Part shown: one piece after another, positions 28,805-39,444 of the stretch
Layout of the letters: each line of letters starts with the position of its first letter
How positions within the stretch are numbered: position 1 is the stretch's first letter
DNA from: a phage
Strand: one strand, 5' to 3'
Length of the DNA stretch: 64,000 nt
Sequence record: OZ346205.1
Position numbers and translations under genes: made by a program
The notes under the pieces: generated by a model
What the model saw: only the letters and a program-made list of their open reading frames with translations
The model's database searches: none
Told to the model about the DNA's origin: nothing

Positions 28805-30174
28805 TGGAAAAAGGGCAGTATGATGTAGGCACAGATGCTGCCCTCGTTGCAATCATGAGCGGTGAGAATGTCTTCGTTTCAGGACCAGCAGGTTGTGGGA
28901 AGACGTACCTCATCAACATGATCCAGTCAATGTATGGAGACTCTTGCATAACGGTTGCCCCGACAGGGGTAGCCGCTTTAAACGTTAATGGAGCAACAGC
29001 ACACCGAACCTTCGATCTTGCAGCAGGTGTGAGCATGGAGTCAGACTGGACCGCAATAAGGGCAAAAACAGCAAAGCCTTTGAAAAGCAAGGCATTTACC
29101 ATCCTGATTATCGATGAAATCTCTATGATCCGTGCTGATAAGTTTATAGAGATGGATAGGAAACTTCGCTTCCTTCGAAAAAATGACAAACCTTTCGGAG
29201 GCATACAGGTCATATTGTTTGGCGATTTTTACCAGGCACCTCCTGTTGTCTCTTCTATGGAGAAGGAAGCCTACTTCAACTTCTACCATACAGACCTGTG
29301 TTGCTATACCGAATCTTGGAAAGAGCTTGACCTCCACAACATAGCCCTAATAGATCAGTTCCGACAGGAGTCTATTCGATTTGCCACAATGCTCAACTGT
29401 GTTCGTGAGGGTCGTCGCATAAAAGAGGTTGTAGCAGAACTTAATGCTCGCTGTTACAAAGGCGGTGTACCAACAGACGCTCTCACAATTTGCGCCACCA
29501 ACAAACAAGCAGAGGAAGTGAACAGAAGGTTCTATGATGCCATCAACGCCCCGGAGAAGGTATACACTGGGGAAATGAAGGGTAAGTTTCCCTCCACCCT
29601 GCCAGTTGAGCAGGAGATGAAGTTGAAAATTGGCATGAAAGTTATGATAACCGCCAACGATGTTGACCCGACGCACAAAGTACCTTATTATGTTAACGGA
29701 ACACGTGCCACAATTGTTAAATTTAAGAACAAGGCGGTGGTGGTAGAGCTTGAAGATGGAACACAGGTTGACATAGAGCAGAGGTTGTGGGAGAATAACG
29801 AGTATAAGCCATCTCAGAGATACAACATTGCAGAAAGGAAGATGGAGAAGTTTATAGAGAGGGTAGTGATTGGGTCATACAAGCAACTTCCTCTGAAATC
29901 TGGGTACGCCGTAACATCTCATAAAAGTCAAGGACTTACGCTAGATTGTTACAACCTAGACCTTGGAAAGAACGGAGCTTTCTCTCCTGGGATGACGTAT
30001 GTCGCTTTGAGCAGAGTTAAGACAATACAAGGAATAAACTTGTTGCGTCCACTAAGAGAAGTTGACATTATTGTTGACCCGCGAGTCGTAGAGTTTTACA
30101 ATACAACATTCCCTGACTTAGACAAAATTGTCAGGAAAGATTTTGAAACCAGAGCCGAAGAGGGGGGCGTATGA
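28804..30174 (+). CDS. SF1B helicase, Pif1/RecD/Dda-like (456 aa)
   Basis: Walker A GPAGCGKTY; Walker B IIDEISMI; late motif TSHKSQGLT. Confidence 0.75.
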   Translation: MEKGQYDVGTDAALVAIMSGENVFVSGPAGCGKTYLINMIQSMYGDSCITVAPTGVAALNVNGATAHRTFDLAAGVSMESDWTAIRAKTAKPLKSKAFTILIIDEISMIRADKFIEMDRKLRFLRKNDKPFGGIQVILFGDFYQAPPVVSSMEKEAYFNFYHTDLCCYTESWKELDLHNIALIDQFRQESIRFATMLNCVREGRRIKEVVAELNARCYKGGVPTDALTICATNKQAEEVNRRFYDAINAPEKVYTGEMKGKFPSTLPVEQEMKLKIGMKVMITANDVDPTHKVPYYVNGTRATIVKFKNKAVVVELEDGTQVDIEQRLWENNEYKPSQRYNIAERKMEKFIERVVIGSYKQLPLKSGYAVTSHKSQGLTLDCYNLDLGKNGAFSPGMTYVALSRVKTIQGINLLRPLREVDIIVDPRVVEFYNTTFPDLDKIVRKDFETRAEEGGV

Positions 30175-30512
30175 GTTTGTGGAGAAATATCGTTAACTAC
30201 GTGTGTGGCAATCCAACTCCTGAAGAGAAGGATGTTGTGATTCACGATTTTACTAAAAGATCTCGTGAAAAAGATCTACTGCTAACAAAGGTGACTGATA
30301 AAGATCCTGCAGTAGGGGACTGGGCAGGTTTTGCATTCACATCGGACAAATACACCTTTAACAAAGGTGACTACCTTGTTGTGGATTTTAACGAAGACAT
30401 CGAGGGTGCTGAACCTTACTATCAGACCCTTATTGTTGCAGGGTGTGTTGATCTCTCTGCAGGCATGCACAGTTTGATTCTTTTTGAGCTTGACTCTGAA
30501 GACCTTGAGTAG
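30171..30512 (+). CDS. hypothetical protein (113 aa)
   Basis: Track ORF; start overlaps helicase stop. Confidence 0.45.
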   Translation: MSLWRNIVNYVCGNPTPEEKDVVIHDFTKRSREKDLLLTKVTDKDPAVGDWAGFAFTSDKYTFNKGDYLVVDFNEDIEGAEPYYQTLIVAGCVDLSAGMHSLILFELDSEDLE

Positions 30513-30573
30513 TAAGATGTGAGTATAAAGGGGAGGCCTCCTCCCCACAAAAAACTAAGGAGAGCACCAAACG

Positions 30574-31902
30574 ATGAGCAAAACCAAATTAGAACTTACC
30601 TGGATAGGTAAAAACGAGCGCAAAAAATTAGAGCCACACATTTTGTTAGAAGACCCGAGCAAGTCTTATCACGCCAGCCAAAAAGTGACCGAAAACGATA
30701 TTTTTGATAATAAACTGATTTTTGGCGATAACTTATTAGCATTGAAGGCGCTAGAGCAAGAATATGCAGGCAAAGTGAAGTGTGTTTACATAGACCCACC
30801 ATTCAACACCGGGAGGGCTTTTGAGCACTACGATGATAGTCTGGAGCATTCCATTTGGCTGGGCTTAATGAGGGATAGGTTAGAAATAATTCGTAATCTT
30901 CTAAGTGATGACGGGGTAATATTCGTTCACTTAGATGATTGCGAAATGGCGTATTTAAAAGTTTTGATGGACGAGATTTTTGGTCGTGCAAATCAGTTAA
31001 ATACCATATCGATGACCACAAATTCCCCTTCGGGATTTAAGGCAACAGGAGCCACAGTTTTCTCCACAGCAAACTTTTTGCTTGTATATGCAAAAGATCG
31101 CACCCAGAAACCGCTTAACAAAATCTATATACCTAAAGGGTATGATACCGGATATAACAAATACCTATTAAACCCGGATGATCATTATAAAAATTGGACG
31201 TGGTGCGGTATTGCCGATGCGTTTGCAAAGGCCAATGGCTATAAAGATGCAAAAGAAGCCAAGAAAAAACTGCCTGACACATTCGATGATGAATTAGCAC
31301 AATTTGCAATTGATAATGCAGAACGTGTATTTCAATCTGTTGCAATTGGTGGTGGTGCTAAAATAAAGAGAAAAGAAACTATAGAGAAGTCAAAGAAAGA
31401 TAGGGATAAGGTTTATGTACATCCAAATGAGGATGTTGAAGGATTTTATATCGCAAATGGTAGGCAAATGGTCTTTTACTCCAACAGGCTTTTGGAAATT
31501 GACGGTGATATGCAACCTGCGGAACTAATAACTGATGTTTGGACAGACATTAGTTGGAATGGAATAGCAAATGAAGGCGGCGTTAGTTTCAAAAATGGGA
31601 AAAAACCAGAAGCGCTTTTGAAGCGGATTTTCGAAATGTGTACGCGAGAAGGTGATTTGGTATTGGATTCATTCGGTGGTTCGGGAACTACTGCCGCTGT
31701 AGCTCACAAGATGAAAAGACGTTGGATCTCCATCGAGATTGGTGATCATTGCCATACCCATATTATTCCGCGCTTGGAAAAAGTGATCGATGGGGAAGAT
31801 CAAGGTGGTATTTCTAAGTCTGTAAACTGGCAAGGTGGTGGTGGCTTCCGTTATTACAAACTTGCCCCGACCTTAATTGCGAAAGATAAGTCTGATCAAT
31901 AA
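30574..31902 (+). CDS. DNA N6-adenine/N4-cytosine methyltransferase, beta-class (442 aa)
   Basis: Motif IV VYIDPPF precedes motif I DSFGGSGTT (beta permutation). Confidence 0.75.
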   Translation: MSKTKLELTWIGKNERKKLEPHILLEDPSKSYHASQKVTENDIFDNKLIFGDNLLALKALEQEYAGKVKCVYIDPPFNTGRAFEHYDDSLEHSIWLGLMRDRLEIIRNLLSDDGVIFVHLDDCEMAYLKVLMDEIFGRANQLNTISMTTNSPSGFKATGATVFSTANFLLVYAKDRTQKPLNKIYIPKGYDTGYNKYLLNPDDHYKNWTWCGIADAFAKANGYKDAKEAKKKLPDTFDDELAQFAIDNAERVFQSVAIGGGAKIKRKETIEKSKKDRDKVYVHPNEDVEGFYIANGRQMVFYSNRLLEIDGDMQPAELITDVWTDISWNGIANEGGVSFKNGKKPEALLKRIFEMCTREGDLVLDSFGGSGTTAAVAHKMKRRWISIEIGDHCHTHIIPRLEKVIDGEDQGGISKSVNWQGGGGFRYYKLAPTLIAKDKSDQ

Positions 31903-31915
31903 AGAGTACAATCAA

Positions 31916-32221
31916 ATGATGAAACGTTATAAACCATACACTTTTGAAATCGATTTCGAACTTGACGATATGTTCACTGTAGAAGCTCAGGCAGTTGTCC
32001 AGTTGCCAGACCCGGAGTGCCGTGATTCTGATGTTGACTATTACGGATTTAGACAGATCACTGATGTGCATGTTTACCACAACGGTGAAGAGGTGGACTT
32101 CCACCAACTGCCAAACGATATTCGCCACTCAATTTACAAACGTGCAGCCCGTGAACTAGAGTCCTATCTGGATGCAGCGACGACAGCAGCTGCATTTGCC
32201 GAAGAAGTGGGAGGTTTCTGA
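31916..32221 (+). CDS. hypothetical protein (101 aa)
   Basis: In-frame ATG downstream of the methyltransferase stop; track ORF start trimmed. Confidence 0.45.
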   Translation: MMKRYKPYTFEIDFELDDMFTVEAQAVVQLPDPECRDSDVDYYGFRQITDVHVYHNGEEVDFHQLPNDIRHSIYKRAARELESYLDAATTAAAFAEEVGGF

Positions 32222-32619
32222 TGATTACAGGTGTGAAGATTCTCCAATACCACTTAACCAAATTGGAAGATGCTGAAAAAGAGCTTGCAGAAGTTCTGAA
32301 TAGTGGATATACTTTGCTATCATGCGCCTGCTCAGACACCTACGTTGTGTGGACACTTATCCGGAAGGAAGAGCCTGCAGGGATCTTGGTGCCAAACCCT
32401 AAGATTATTAGTGAGGTGGATGACTATTCCCAGGACGGCCTGCCAGAAGGCTGGGAAGTATGGGAAGGTGGTGAAAACCCTGCACCAGGTAAGTGGGTAA
32501 AATATAAACTACGTAGTGGTGCACAGTACGCTGACTACTCTGATGACCTAGACTGGAGTCATTCTTCACCAGGATCGTCTGCAAGTTCATATGATATCGT
32601 TGCTTTTCAGGAAGAATAA
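32221..32619 (+). CDS. hypothetical protein (132 aa)
   Basis: Track ORF; ATGA overlap. Confidence 0.45.
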   Translation: MITGVKILQYHLTKLEDAEKELAEVLNSGYTLLSCACSDTYVVWTLIRKEEPAGILVPNPKIISEVDDYSQDGLPEGWEVWEGGENPAPGKWVKYKLRSGAQYADYSDDLDWSHSSPGSSASSYDIVAFQEE

Positions 32620-32631
32620 GGAGATAGTGTT

Positions 32632-33114
32632 ATGTCAGCTTTTATGTGGAAAGTAGGTTACGCAGCTCCTGAAATGTGTGAGGCTTGCTTTGTGAAAATA
32701 GGCCGCGAGGATATCGACAAAGTGATCCTTAAGTTTCGTGATGTGGCTGTGATCGGCAACCGAGTGCTTAAGCACTTAAAGAATTTGAAGCTCACCAAAA
32801 AGAAATTCTTCGGGCTTTTCGAAGAGAAAGTTGATGCTTGGACCCATTGCATTCAGGAAGCTAAATCTCACTACAGCGCTATCGTTACCCCAGAACGGGT
32901 AGCCAAGATGGAAGGATTCATCAACAGCACAGAGTTTGAGTGCCTGAAAGCTGCACTTGATAGTTATCCGAAATGCCTCAAGCACTTGGACAAGTATGTA
33001 GAAAAGGATGGGGAAATGTACCTAACCCTGGACGCATATTATGAGATGCAAGAAATTTTAAATTTAGATTTGACATTGGTATCCACCGAGTATACAATAG
33101 GTATCCGGGTTTAA
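32632..33114 (+). CDS. hypothetical protein (160 aa)
   Basis: Track ORF with RBS AGGAGA. Confidence 0.5.
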   Translation: MSAFMWKVGYAAPEMCEACFVKIGREDIDKVILKFRDVAVIGNRVLKHLKNLKLTKKKFFGLFEEKVDAWTHCIQEAKSHYSAIVTPERVAKMEGFINSTEFECLKAALDSYPKCLKHLDKYVEKDGEMYLTLDAYYEMQEILNLDLTLVSTEYTIGIRV

Positions 33115-33120
33115 CACTAG

Positions 33121-33147
33121 GCCCTGCCCGAAAGGGTGGGGCTTTTT
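33121..33147 (+). terminator. intrinsic terminator (repeated module, copy 1)
   Basis: CCCTGCCC-gaaa-GGGTGGGG stem with GNRA loop then CTTTTT; same core at 43520. Confidence 0.55.
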
Positions 33148-33165
33148 GCATTAGGAGACAGCAAA

Positions 33166-33930
33166 TTGAAATTTATCTACAAAGAACACTACCACAAAGG
33201 TGTTGTGTGGAGCCTGTTTGACGGATCTGGTGGTGCAGTCATTGACTGGGCAAAAGCTGGGTATCTGTGCCTGTGCTTTAATGCAGAAGGTGCTGATCAC
33301 GGCAGTTATGCAGAGGTGATAACCGATCATCCCAACATTCACTATGTGGATTATTGGATTGACCCATGGTTCCCTCAGGAAACTTTTTGCATGTACCCAG
33401 CTCCAGACTTTATTCTTGCATTTCCTCCGTGCACGCATTTAGCGGTATCAGGTGCTGCACATTTTAAGAAAAAGCTGGCTAAGGATCCTTTGATCCAAAT
33501 TAATGCTGTAAAGGATGCTCGGGTTGCGGAAGAGTTGGGAGAGATTTACGATTGCCCGTGGCATGTAGAGAATCCTGTAGGGGTTATGTCCACACTGTGG
33601 CGAAAACCTGATTACCGTTTTCATCCTTCGGATTATGGTGGGTATTTACCGGAGGATGATGTAAACCCCTGGTTTCCTGAATTTATAGCTCCACGTGATG
33701 CCTATCCAAAAATAACTTGCGGCTGGATAGGCAATGGATTTATAATCCCGGCCACAAAACCTGTCCCGCAAATAGTTGACGCGGTTAGCGGGTATTCCAT
33801 GCAACACGCCAAGCTGGGTGGAAAGAGTGCAAGAACGAAGATGATCCGAAGCCTCACGCCACGTGGCTGGGCAAAAGCCGTATTCTTAGCAAACGAGCCT
33901 GTAGTAAGGAGCAGAATTAATGGGAAGTAA
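33166..33930 (+). CDS. cytosine-5 DNA methyltransferase-like protein (about 254 aa)
   Basis: TTG start after AGGAGA (track start lies inside the terminator); motif I FDGSGG, motif IV FPPC, motif VI ENPVG; short for a Dcm-type enzyme. Confidence 0.5.
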   Translation: MKFIYKEHYHKGVVWSLFDGSGGAVIDWAKAGYLCLCFNAEGADHGSYAEVITDHPNIHYVDYWIDPWFPQETFCMYPAPDFILAFPPCTHLAVSGAAHFKKKLAKDPLIQINAVKDARVAEELGEIYDCPWHVENPVGVMSTLWRKPDYRFHPSDYGGYLPEDDVNPWFPEFIAPRDAYPKITCGWIGNGFIIPATKPVPQIVDAVSGYSMQHAKLGGKSARTKMIRSLTPRGWAKAVFLANEPVVRSRINGK

Positions 33931-35998
33931 ATTTATGGCATCTGCATACAACCGTTTCGGTGAGCCAAACCCGAAAGCAACTAAGTATAAAAGTGGGGGA
34001 AGTGTGAAACGAGACTATCGTGATGAAAAAGAGGTTGAAACTGTAGAGACTGTTTTAGAAAATACTAAAATCGTCCCTGTCCCACAACAAAATATCGGTC
34101 TGATGGCTGCACAATATTTTGGTGTGCGATCAGCATTATCCCAAGAAGATGGTGTGACAGTCACTGCAACATATTTCCCATATTACGACCGCTACGGAAA
34201 TCTGTCCGGTTTCAAAAAGCGTGACTGGACGATTCCTAAAGAGCAAAGAGGCCATTTCTCCGTTGTTGGCATAGTAAAGGCTAACTCTCAGATGTTTGGT
34301 CAAAAGCTGTGTGCATCTTCCAACAACCGTAAGCAGATTAACGTTTGTGAGGGAGAAGGTGATGTTATTGCAGCATGGCAGGCTGCATATCAGATACAAG
34401 TAAAAGGGATTCTCACCAACGCTAAAGCCCCGGCAAAGGTGAAACAGTGGGCTAAAGAGGTCCAGGACGGGATCGATGCAGTTATCAACGGTGGCGATCT
34501 GGCAGGAAAACCATGCCTGCCTTTTGTTGGAATTAACTGTGGATGTGCAAACGCAGTAGATACTTTTGCAAACAATGAGAAGTTTATCCGTAGCTATGGA
34601 ACAGTTGTGCTGGCAATGGATAACGATGCAGCTAACGAGGTAGAGAAGCAAAAACACGTCATTAAAGGTGTTGAGGCCACGCACAATATCGCAGCATTTT
34701 TGATGGCTGATAACGTTTACCACGTAGAATACCCTGGTGAAGTAAATGACCCTGACGGGGTAAAAGATATCCGTGACATGCTGAAGGCTAAAAAGCTGGA
34801 AGATATTGTCAACATGTTCCGGCACCCTGTTAAATATGTGCCTGATGCTGTGTCGGATTTAGAAGACTTCTCTATCGAGTCTTTGCGGAAAAAGACTTCC
34901 AACGGGGTAGATATCAGCGCAGAGTTCCCAAAACTGCAAAAAATGCTAAAAGGCTTGCACAAAGGGACACTCGTAATGCTTACAGGGCCATCAGGGGGCG
35001 GTAAAACAACTGTAGCTAAAAAACTGGAACATTGTATTGCAAGATACCTAATGGACCCGACATGCCCGAAGGCTGATGACTATGAAGAGGATGATCGTCT
35101 ATGTATGATCCATCTTGAGGAGGACCCGGAGGAAGCAATTAACTCCTTGTATGCAAACCAGTTAGGGTTTGATGTTAAAGAGTTTGTTGAAGATCCTAGC
35201 CAGTTTTTAACTGATCAAGAACACGCAGAGATTCACCAATCATGGGCAAAAGCTGGAAAAATCAAAGTGTTCAAACATTTCGGATCTATTCCGGTGGACG
35301 AGTTGATTACCAAGCTTAAGCAAATGGTTTGCCTGTACCATTGCCGTTATATTGTGCTGGATCACCTGTCCATGGTAATTTCAGGGCTTAATGTTAAGGA
35401 TGAGCGAAAAGAACTGGACATGGCTATGACTCAGCTGGCTGCGTTTTGTAAGCAGTTTAACGTGTTTATCTTAGTGATCGCTCACCTCAAACGTACAGAG
35501 ATTGTGCCTCCTAAGGACAAGGATGGTAACCCGTTACCTTTCTGGTATCCTGTGCGAAAAGAGAATTTGCGAGGATCGGCGGGGCTTGAACAGTTGAGTT
35601 GGGTAGTCATAGGTGTCGAGGCCGAAGAAATGGTGGATCGTTCTCGTGGACGTGTCCGTCTGGTAGGTCTTAAAAACCGTCCAGCAAAAACTTTAGGTAT
35701 TGCTGACACTTTGGTTATGGACCCGCACACAGGTAAGTTCCATGATGCCAGTAATTGGTACTGGGACAAAGAAATGCAAATGTTTACAGACGGAGAAGGT
35801 GGGGAGGTTGTTTGGAGACCTCAGGCTATGTTTGAGGATCAGGAGCATGCAGTTGTAGAAACACCTATGGGCAAGGTTGTGGCTGATAAGGTTGTAACTC
35901 CTACTGTTAAGCCTGTTGACACGCAGGAAGACCTCCAGTACGATGATCCATCCTCTGACCCGGTCCCTGGTTTTGAGGATGATGAAACGCCTTTTTAA
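33920..35998 (+). CDS. bifunctional primase-helicase (toprim + SF4/DnaB-like), 692 aa
   Basis: Toprim acidic motifs CEGEGD and LAMDNDAANE; Walker A GPSGGGKTT; Walker B YIVLDH. Confidence 0.7.
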   Translation: MGSKFMASAYNRFGEPNPKATKYKSGGSVKRDYRDEKEVETVETVLENTKIVPVPQQNIGLMAAQYFGVRSALSQEDGVTVTATYFPYYDRYGNLSGFKKRDWTIPKEQRGHFSVVGIVKANSQMFGQKLCASSNNRKQINVCEGEGDVIAAWQAAYQIQVKGILTNAKAPAKVKQWAKEVQDGIDAVINGGDLAGKPCLPFVGINCGCANAVDTFANNEKFIRSYGTVVLAMDNDAANEVEKQKHVIKGVEATHNIAAFLMADNVYHVEYPGEVNDPDGVKDIRDMLKAKKLEDIVNMFRHPVKYVPDAVSDLEDFSIESLRKKTSNGVDISAEFPKLQKMLKGLHKGTLVMLTGPSGGGKTTVAKKLEHCIARYLMDPTCPKADDYEEDDRLCMIHLEEDPEEAINSLYANQLGFDVKEFVEDPSQFLTDQEHAEIHQSWAKAGKIKVFKHFGSIPVDELITKLKQMVCLYHCRYIVLDHLSMVISGLNVKDERKELDMAMTQLAAFCKQFNVFILVIAHLKRTEIVPPKDKDGNPLPFWYPVRKENLRGSAGLEQLSWVVIGVEAEEMVDRSRGRVRLVGLKNRPAKTLGIADTLVMDPHTGKFHDASNWYWDKEMQMFTDGEGGEVVWRPQAMFEDQEHAVVETPMGKVVADKVVTPTVKPVDTQEDLQYDDPSSDPVPGFEDDETPF

Positions 35999-36056
35999 TG
36001 TTTAACAAAGAGTGGGAGGGGTAGTACAACCGCCTCCCCTTTAAGGAGAACTGTAT

Positions 36057-38480
36057 ATGAGTATGTGGTCTTTCGATTTTGAGTCATCCGGTTTGCTGGA
36101 AGACCCAGATCTTTATTATCACTGCGGTCTGTTTAAAGAGCTGAATAAGAACCGTTTTATGCTGTTCCTTCCTCTAAATGACCGCACACACTACTCCGAG
36201 GAGGATATAGAAAAGGCTAAGAACTTCATTCTGTCAAAGAAAACTCTTTATAAAGATTTTGAAGTTCGCATAGCAGATTTTTCGGAGTTGGAAGGTTGGC
36301 TTACAGGCAATTCTGACTGGTCACCAACAGCTTTGAACTGCCATAACTGCTACAGTTATGACTTTATGCTAATGGAAAGATTATCCGGTATTCATTTTGA
36401 TATGTTCCGTGATCCTAAATGCATGGGGACTATCAACGACCACCAGGTTAACCTGTTTGATACGTTGGCTATGAGCCGAATCTTGTGGCCTGATCGCCCT
36501 TTACCAAAAGGTTGTCCGGACGCTGTATTCAACCCGGTTACTAAGAAAATGCAACCTGTTGGTCCTCACGGCCTTATGGCATGGGGCTACGCCCTTGGTA
36601 ACCAGAAAGTTCAAATTGATGACTGGCGCGATCTTCCGTTGTGGAAGTATGTGGATCGTGTATTCGAGGACGTTATCATCCAGGAGCTGCTCTGGAAAGA
36701 GCTGGTAGCGGAATCAAAAGGTGTATTCTACGGCAAATCTGACATGCAGAACTTTATGTACGATCCAGCCAAAGAGAAGCCGAAAGGGTTCAAGAAGATC
36801 ACCTGGAAGAACGCATTACGTCGAGGCATGCTGCAGCACTTCCTGATGGAGCTGCAGGCCCGTCAGGGTGTATACTTCGACATAGATGGAGCTATTGCTT
36901 TACGTGACCGTTGCGATGCGTGGATGAAAGAAATCGCTGATCGTGTTGAACCACAACTACCTTTAAAAGAGCTGTCAATGTCTCAGCGGCCCAAGTTCCC
37001 TGAAAAGCCGTTTAACCAAGACGGGACAATCTCTAATAATGGTTGGAAATGGTTAAAAGATAAGCTTGGCTATCCTGTAGACATGAGTGCTTTAGAGTTC
37101 AAAGCCCCGCCTAAGCGAGCATTTACCTCTACAGGAGATGTCAGCAAGATGGGGATAAAATGGTGTGAAGAGATGGGCTGCAAAGACCCCGATAAGATGG
37201 CTGATTTCTTGAGAGGCTATATTAAGGGCACCTCCACACCACAACCCTTACCTAAAGAGCTGATGGATCAGGCAATAAGTGATCTGCAGCAGAAGCGAAT
37301 GCCTGACTGCAAGATACCTATGAAAATCAGCAATCAGGACGACATCAAGCGATACCTAATCAGTGCTGGTTGGCTCCCAACAATGTGGAGAACTAAAGAT
37401 GTAACTAAAGACAGCAAGAAGAAAGCTTTACCTGATGCAGATGTTGATGCACGAGTATATGCATATATGGACGAGCTTTTGGAGTCAGAGTATTGTGACC
37501 TAATTATCAACTTCTGGAACAAAACTGATGCTAAGTTCCAGACAACCGTGCACAAGTTCCGAAGCTTTCCTAACTCCGAAAGGATTAAAAAGGAAGTATT
37601 CGGGAAAATACGTAGAAAAGCCAGGGCACTTATTACTTCTCCGCAACTGAAAGATACGTTTGGACACCTATGCCCAAATCTTGAAAAATTGAACGGAGAG
37701 ATGGCTAAAGATATCGTCTTGTGGTTATCATTGCGAAACCGCAGATCGGTCCTTGATCCAATCAAGGAGGATAAGGTTGATACTGGTCTTCTTAATCACC
37801 CACGTTTGAAGATTGACCATAAGCTTCCTGCTAAAAGCTCTGGATTAACAAACACTTCCAGACAGAAACACAGTATTTGTGCAAACATGCCTAAACCATC
37901 TCCTAAAGTGGTTATGGGTAAAGAGATGCGTAGTCTGTGGGGTGTTCCTCCGGGATACTTTGAGATCGGTATTGACGGGTCCAACTTAGAGCAGCTTATC
38001 GGGGCTTGGGGTGCCTTTGAGTTCGACAACGGCCTGTATTATGATGTTGTAAGTAACGGAGACGCACACCAAAACAATGCTGAGGCATATACAAAAGTGG
38101 CAGGCAGAGAGGTGTCCCGTAACGACGGTAAACCTATCACGTATGGGGTTATGTACGGGGCACAAAAAGATAAAGTTGCAGATATGTTGGACATCTCCCC
38201 AGAGTTGGGACAAAGGGTAATCGATGCACTCTGGGATGCCAACCCAGGTCTTAAGGGGCGCAAAGAGGATCTGGAGAAATTCTGGGAAGCAACAGGTAAG
38301 AAGTTTATCTACTCTTTTGATGGTCATGCTATCTGGACCCGATCTAAACACTCTTTACTTAATGCATACCAACAAAATGGCGGTGCATCGTTGTGTGACT
38401 TAGTTGGAATACTCATGCACCACCAGATGGTGAAGCGTGGGTGGTACGATGAAGGTGTTCGTCGTATTATTTATTACCAT
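36057..38480 (+). CDS. family A DNA polymerase, exon 1 (ends inside motif C at ...YYH)
   Basis: Exo motif FDFESSG; motif A IDGSNLEQL; motif B KPITYGVMYGAQ; frame terminates 2 codons after the His of the expected HDE motif. Confidence 0.8.
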
Positions 38481-38756
38481 AAATAACATTGTGGCTTCAT
38501 AGAGTAATCTATGTCGAATAACCTCTTTAACTGCGGGAAGCCTAAACCTTATGGCAAGGTAATCCGCAACGAAGCGCTCAAAAGAGCGAACGCTCAGAGG
38601 CCATTCCGAAAGGAAGTAGACCAGCAAGTGCGGTCGAAATGGGAGGATTCCTGTGGTTGCTTATCATAGGAATATGAGATGGTCCGATCCTACGTGAAAA
38701 CGTATGGCTATGCACGTAATGGTGCGGGGTAGCTTAACGACCTACCTGAACTATTG
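38481..38756 (+). ncRNA. putative group I-like self-splicing intron (no endonuclease ORF)
   Basis: 276-nt ORF-free insert between ...YYH and DEYQ...; exon ends in U with GUGG 11 nt downstream able to pair CCAU (P1-like); insert ends in G. Confidence 0.55.
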
Positions 38757-39110
38757 GATGAGTACCAACTTCAAGTGCCTGACACACCGAAGTATAAGAC
38801 TGTGTACACCTTCGACACAATTGAAGAACTGGAAGCATTTAAGGCAGAGCAGGAAGCCAAACTTCATGTGTTCGACGGTCATAAGTACAAAAAGGCACGC
38901 AAGGATGAGGACGGAAACGAAGTGGTTGACAGAGACGGAAACACGGTGTACGATCCTATCCTGAACGATGACGGAAAGCTTGAACTTATCTGGAGCCCTG
39001 TGGGTGAAATGGTGGTACATTGCTTCTGGCAAGCTTCTAAAATGATGGGAGTCCCGTTCCAGATCACAGGTGAATACTTGTGTGGTCGTAATTGGGGTGA
39101 TTGTCACTAA
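38757..39110 (+). CDS. family A DNA polymerase, exon 2 (motif C remainder to C-terminus)
   Basis: Begins DEYQ completing YHDEYQ; ends ...GRNWGDCH, matching the Pol I / T7 C-terminal G.NW..H pattern. Confidence 0.75.
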   Translation, partial: DEYQLQVPDTPKYKTVYTFDTIEELEAFKAEQEAKLHVFDGHKYKKARKDEDGNEVVDRDGNTVYDPILNDDGKLELIWSPVGEMVVHCFWQASKMMGVPFQITGEYLCGRNWGDCH

Positions 39111-39159
39111 TGTAAACTATCAACACATGGAAGTGTTGTTGAGCAAAGAGGAGACTTTT

Positions 39160-39444
39160 ATGGTAGTAGAACCAACAAAAACATTTACATCCATGACTAT
39201 CCCTGTTATTATGCAGGTGGAGTGTGTTCAGGTATCTCAAGTGTGGCCTGGCACCAAAATCCCAACAGGGCCTGATTTCTTTCAGGTTGGGAAAGTGTAC
39301 AATGTCTGGAAGGCACCAGATTGTTACCCTTTCATTAAAGATGACCGTGGGATGCTGTGGTATCTTGGAAATGACTTGACACTGCACCTTGGGAATGCTA
39401 TTATTGCAGTATTCAGACTTAACAAGAAGGAGACCGATCAATGA
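39160..39444 (+). CDS. hypothetical protein (94 aa)
   Basis: ATG after RBS AAGAGGAG; track ORF start trimmed. Confidence 0.4.
   Translation: MVVEPTKTFTSMTIPVIMQVECVQVSQVWPGTKIPTGPDFFQVGKVYNVWKAPDCYPFIKDDRGMLWYLGNDLTLHLGNAIIAVFRLNKKETDQ

Noticed and set aside
33136-33165. Track start of the m5C-methyltransferase-like ORF at 33136
   Set aside because: The first 10 codons are the terminator hairpin and T-tract; a TTG start at 33166 behind AGGAGA is more plausible.
38704-39107. Track ORFs 38704-38964 (+) and 38751-39107 (-) near the polymerase
   Set aside because: They overlap the intron and exon 2 in the wrong frame or strand; the frame starting at 38757 restores polymerase motif C and the conserved C-terminus.
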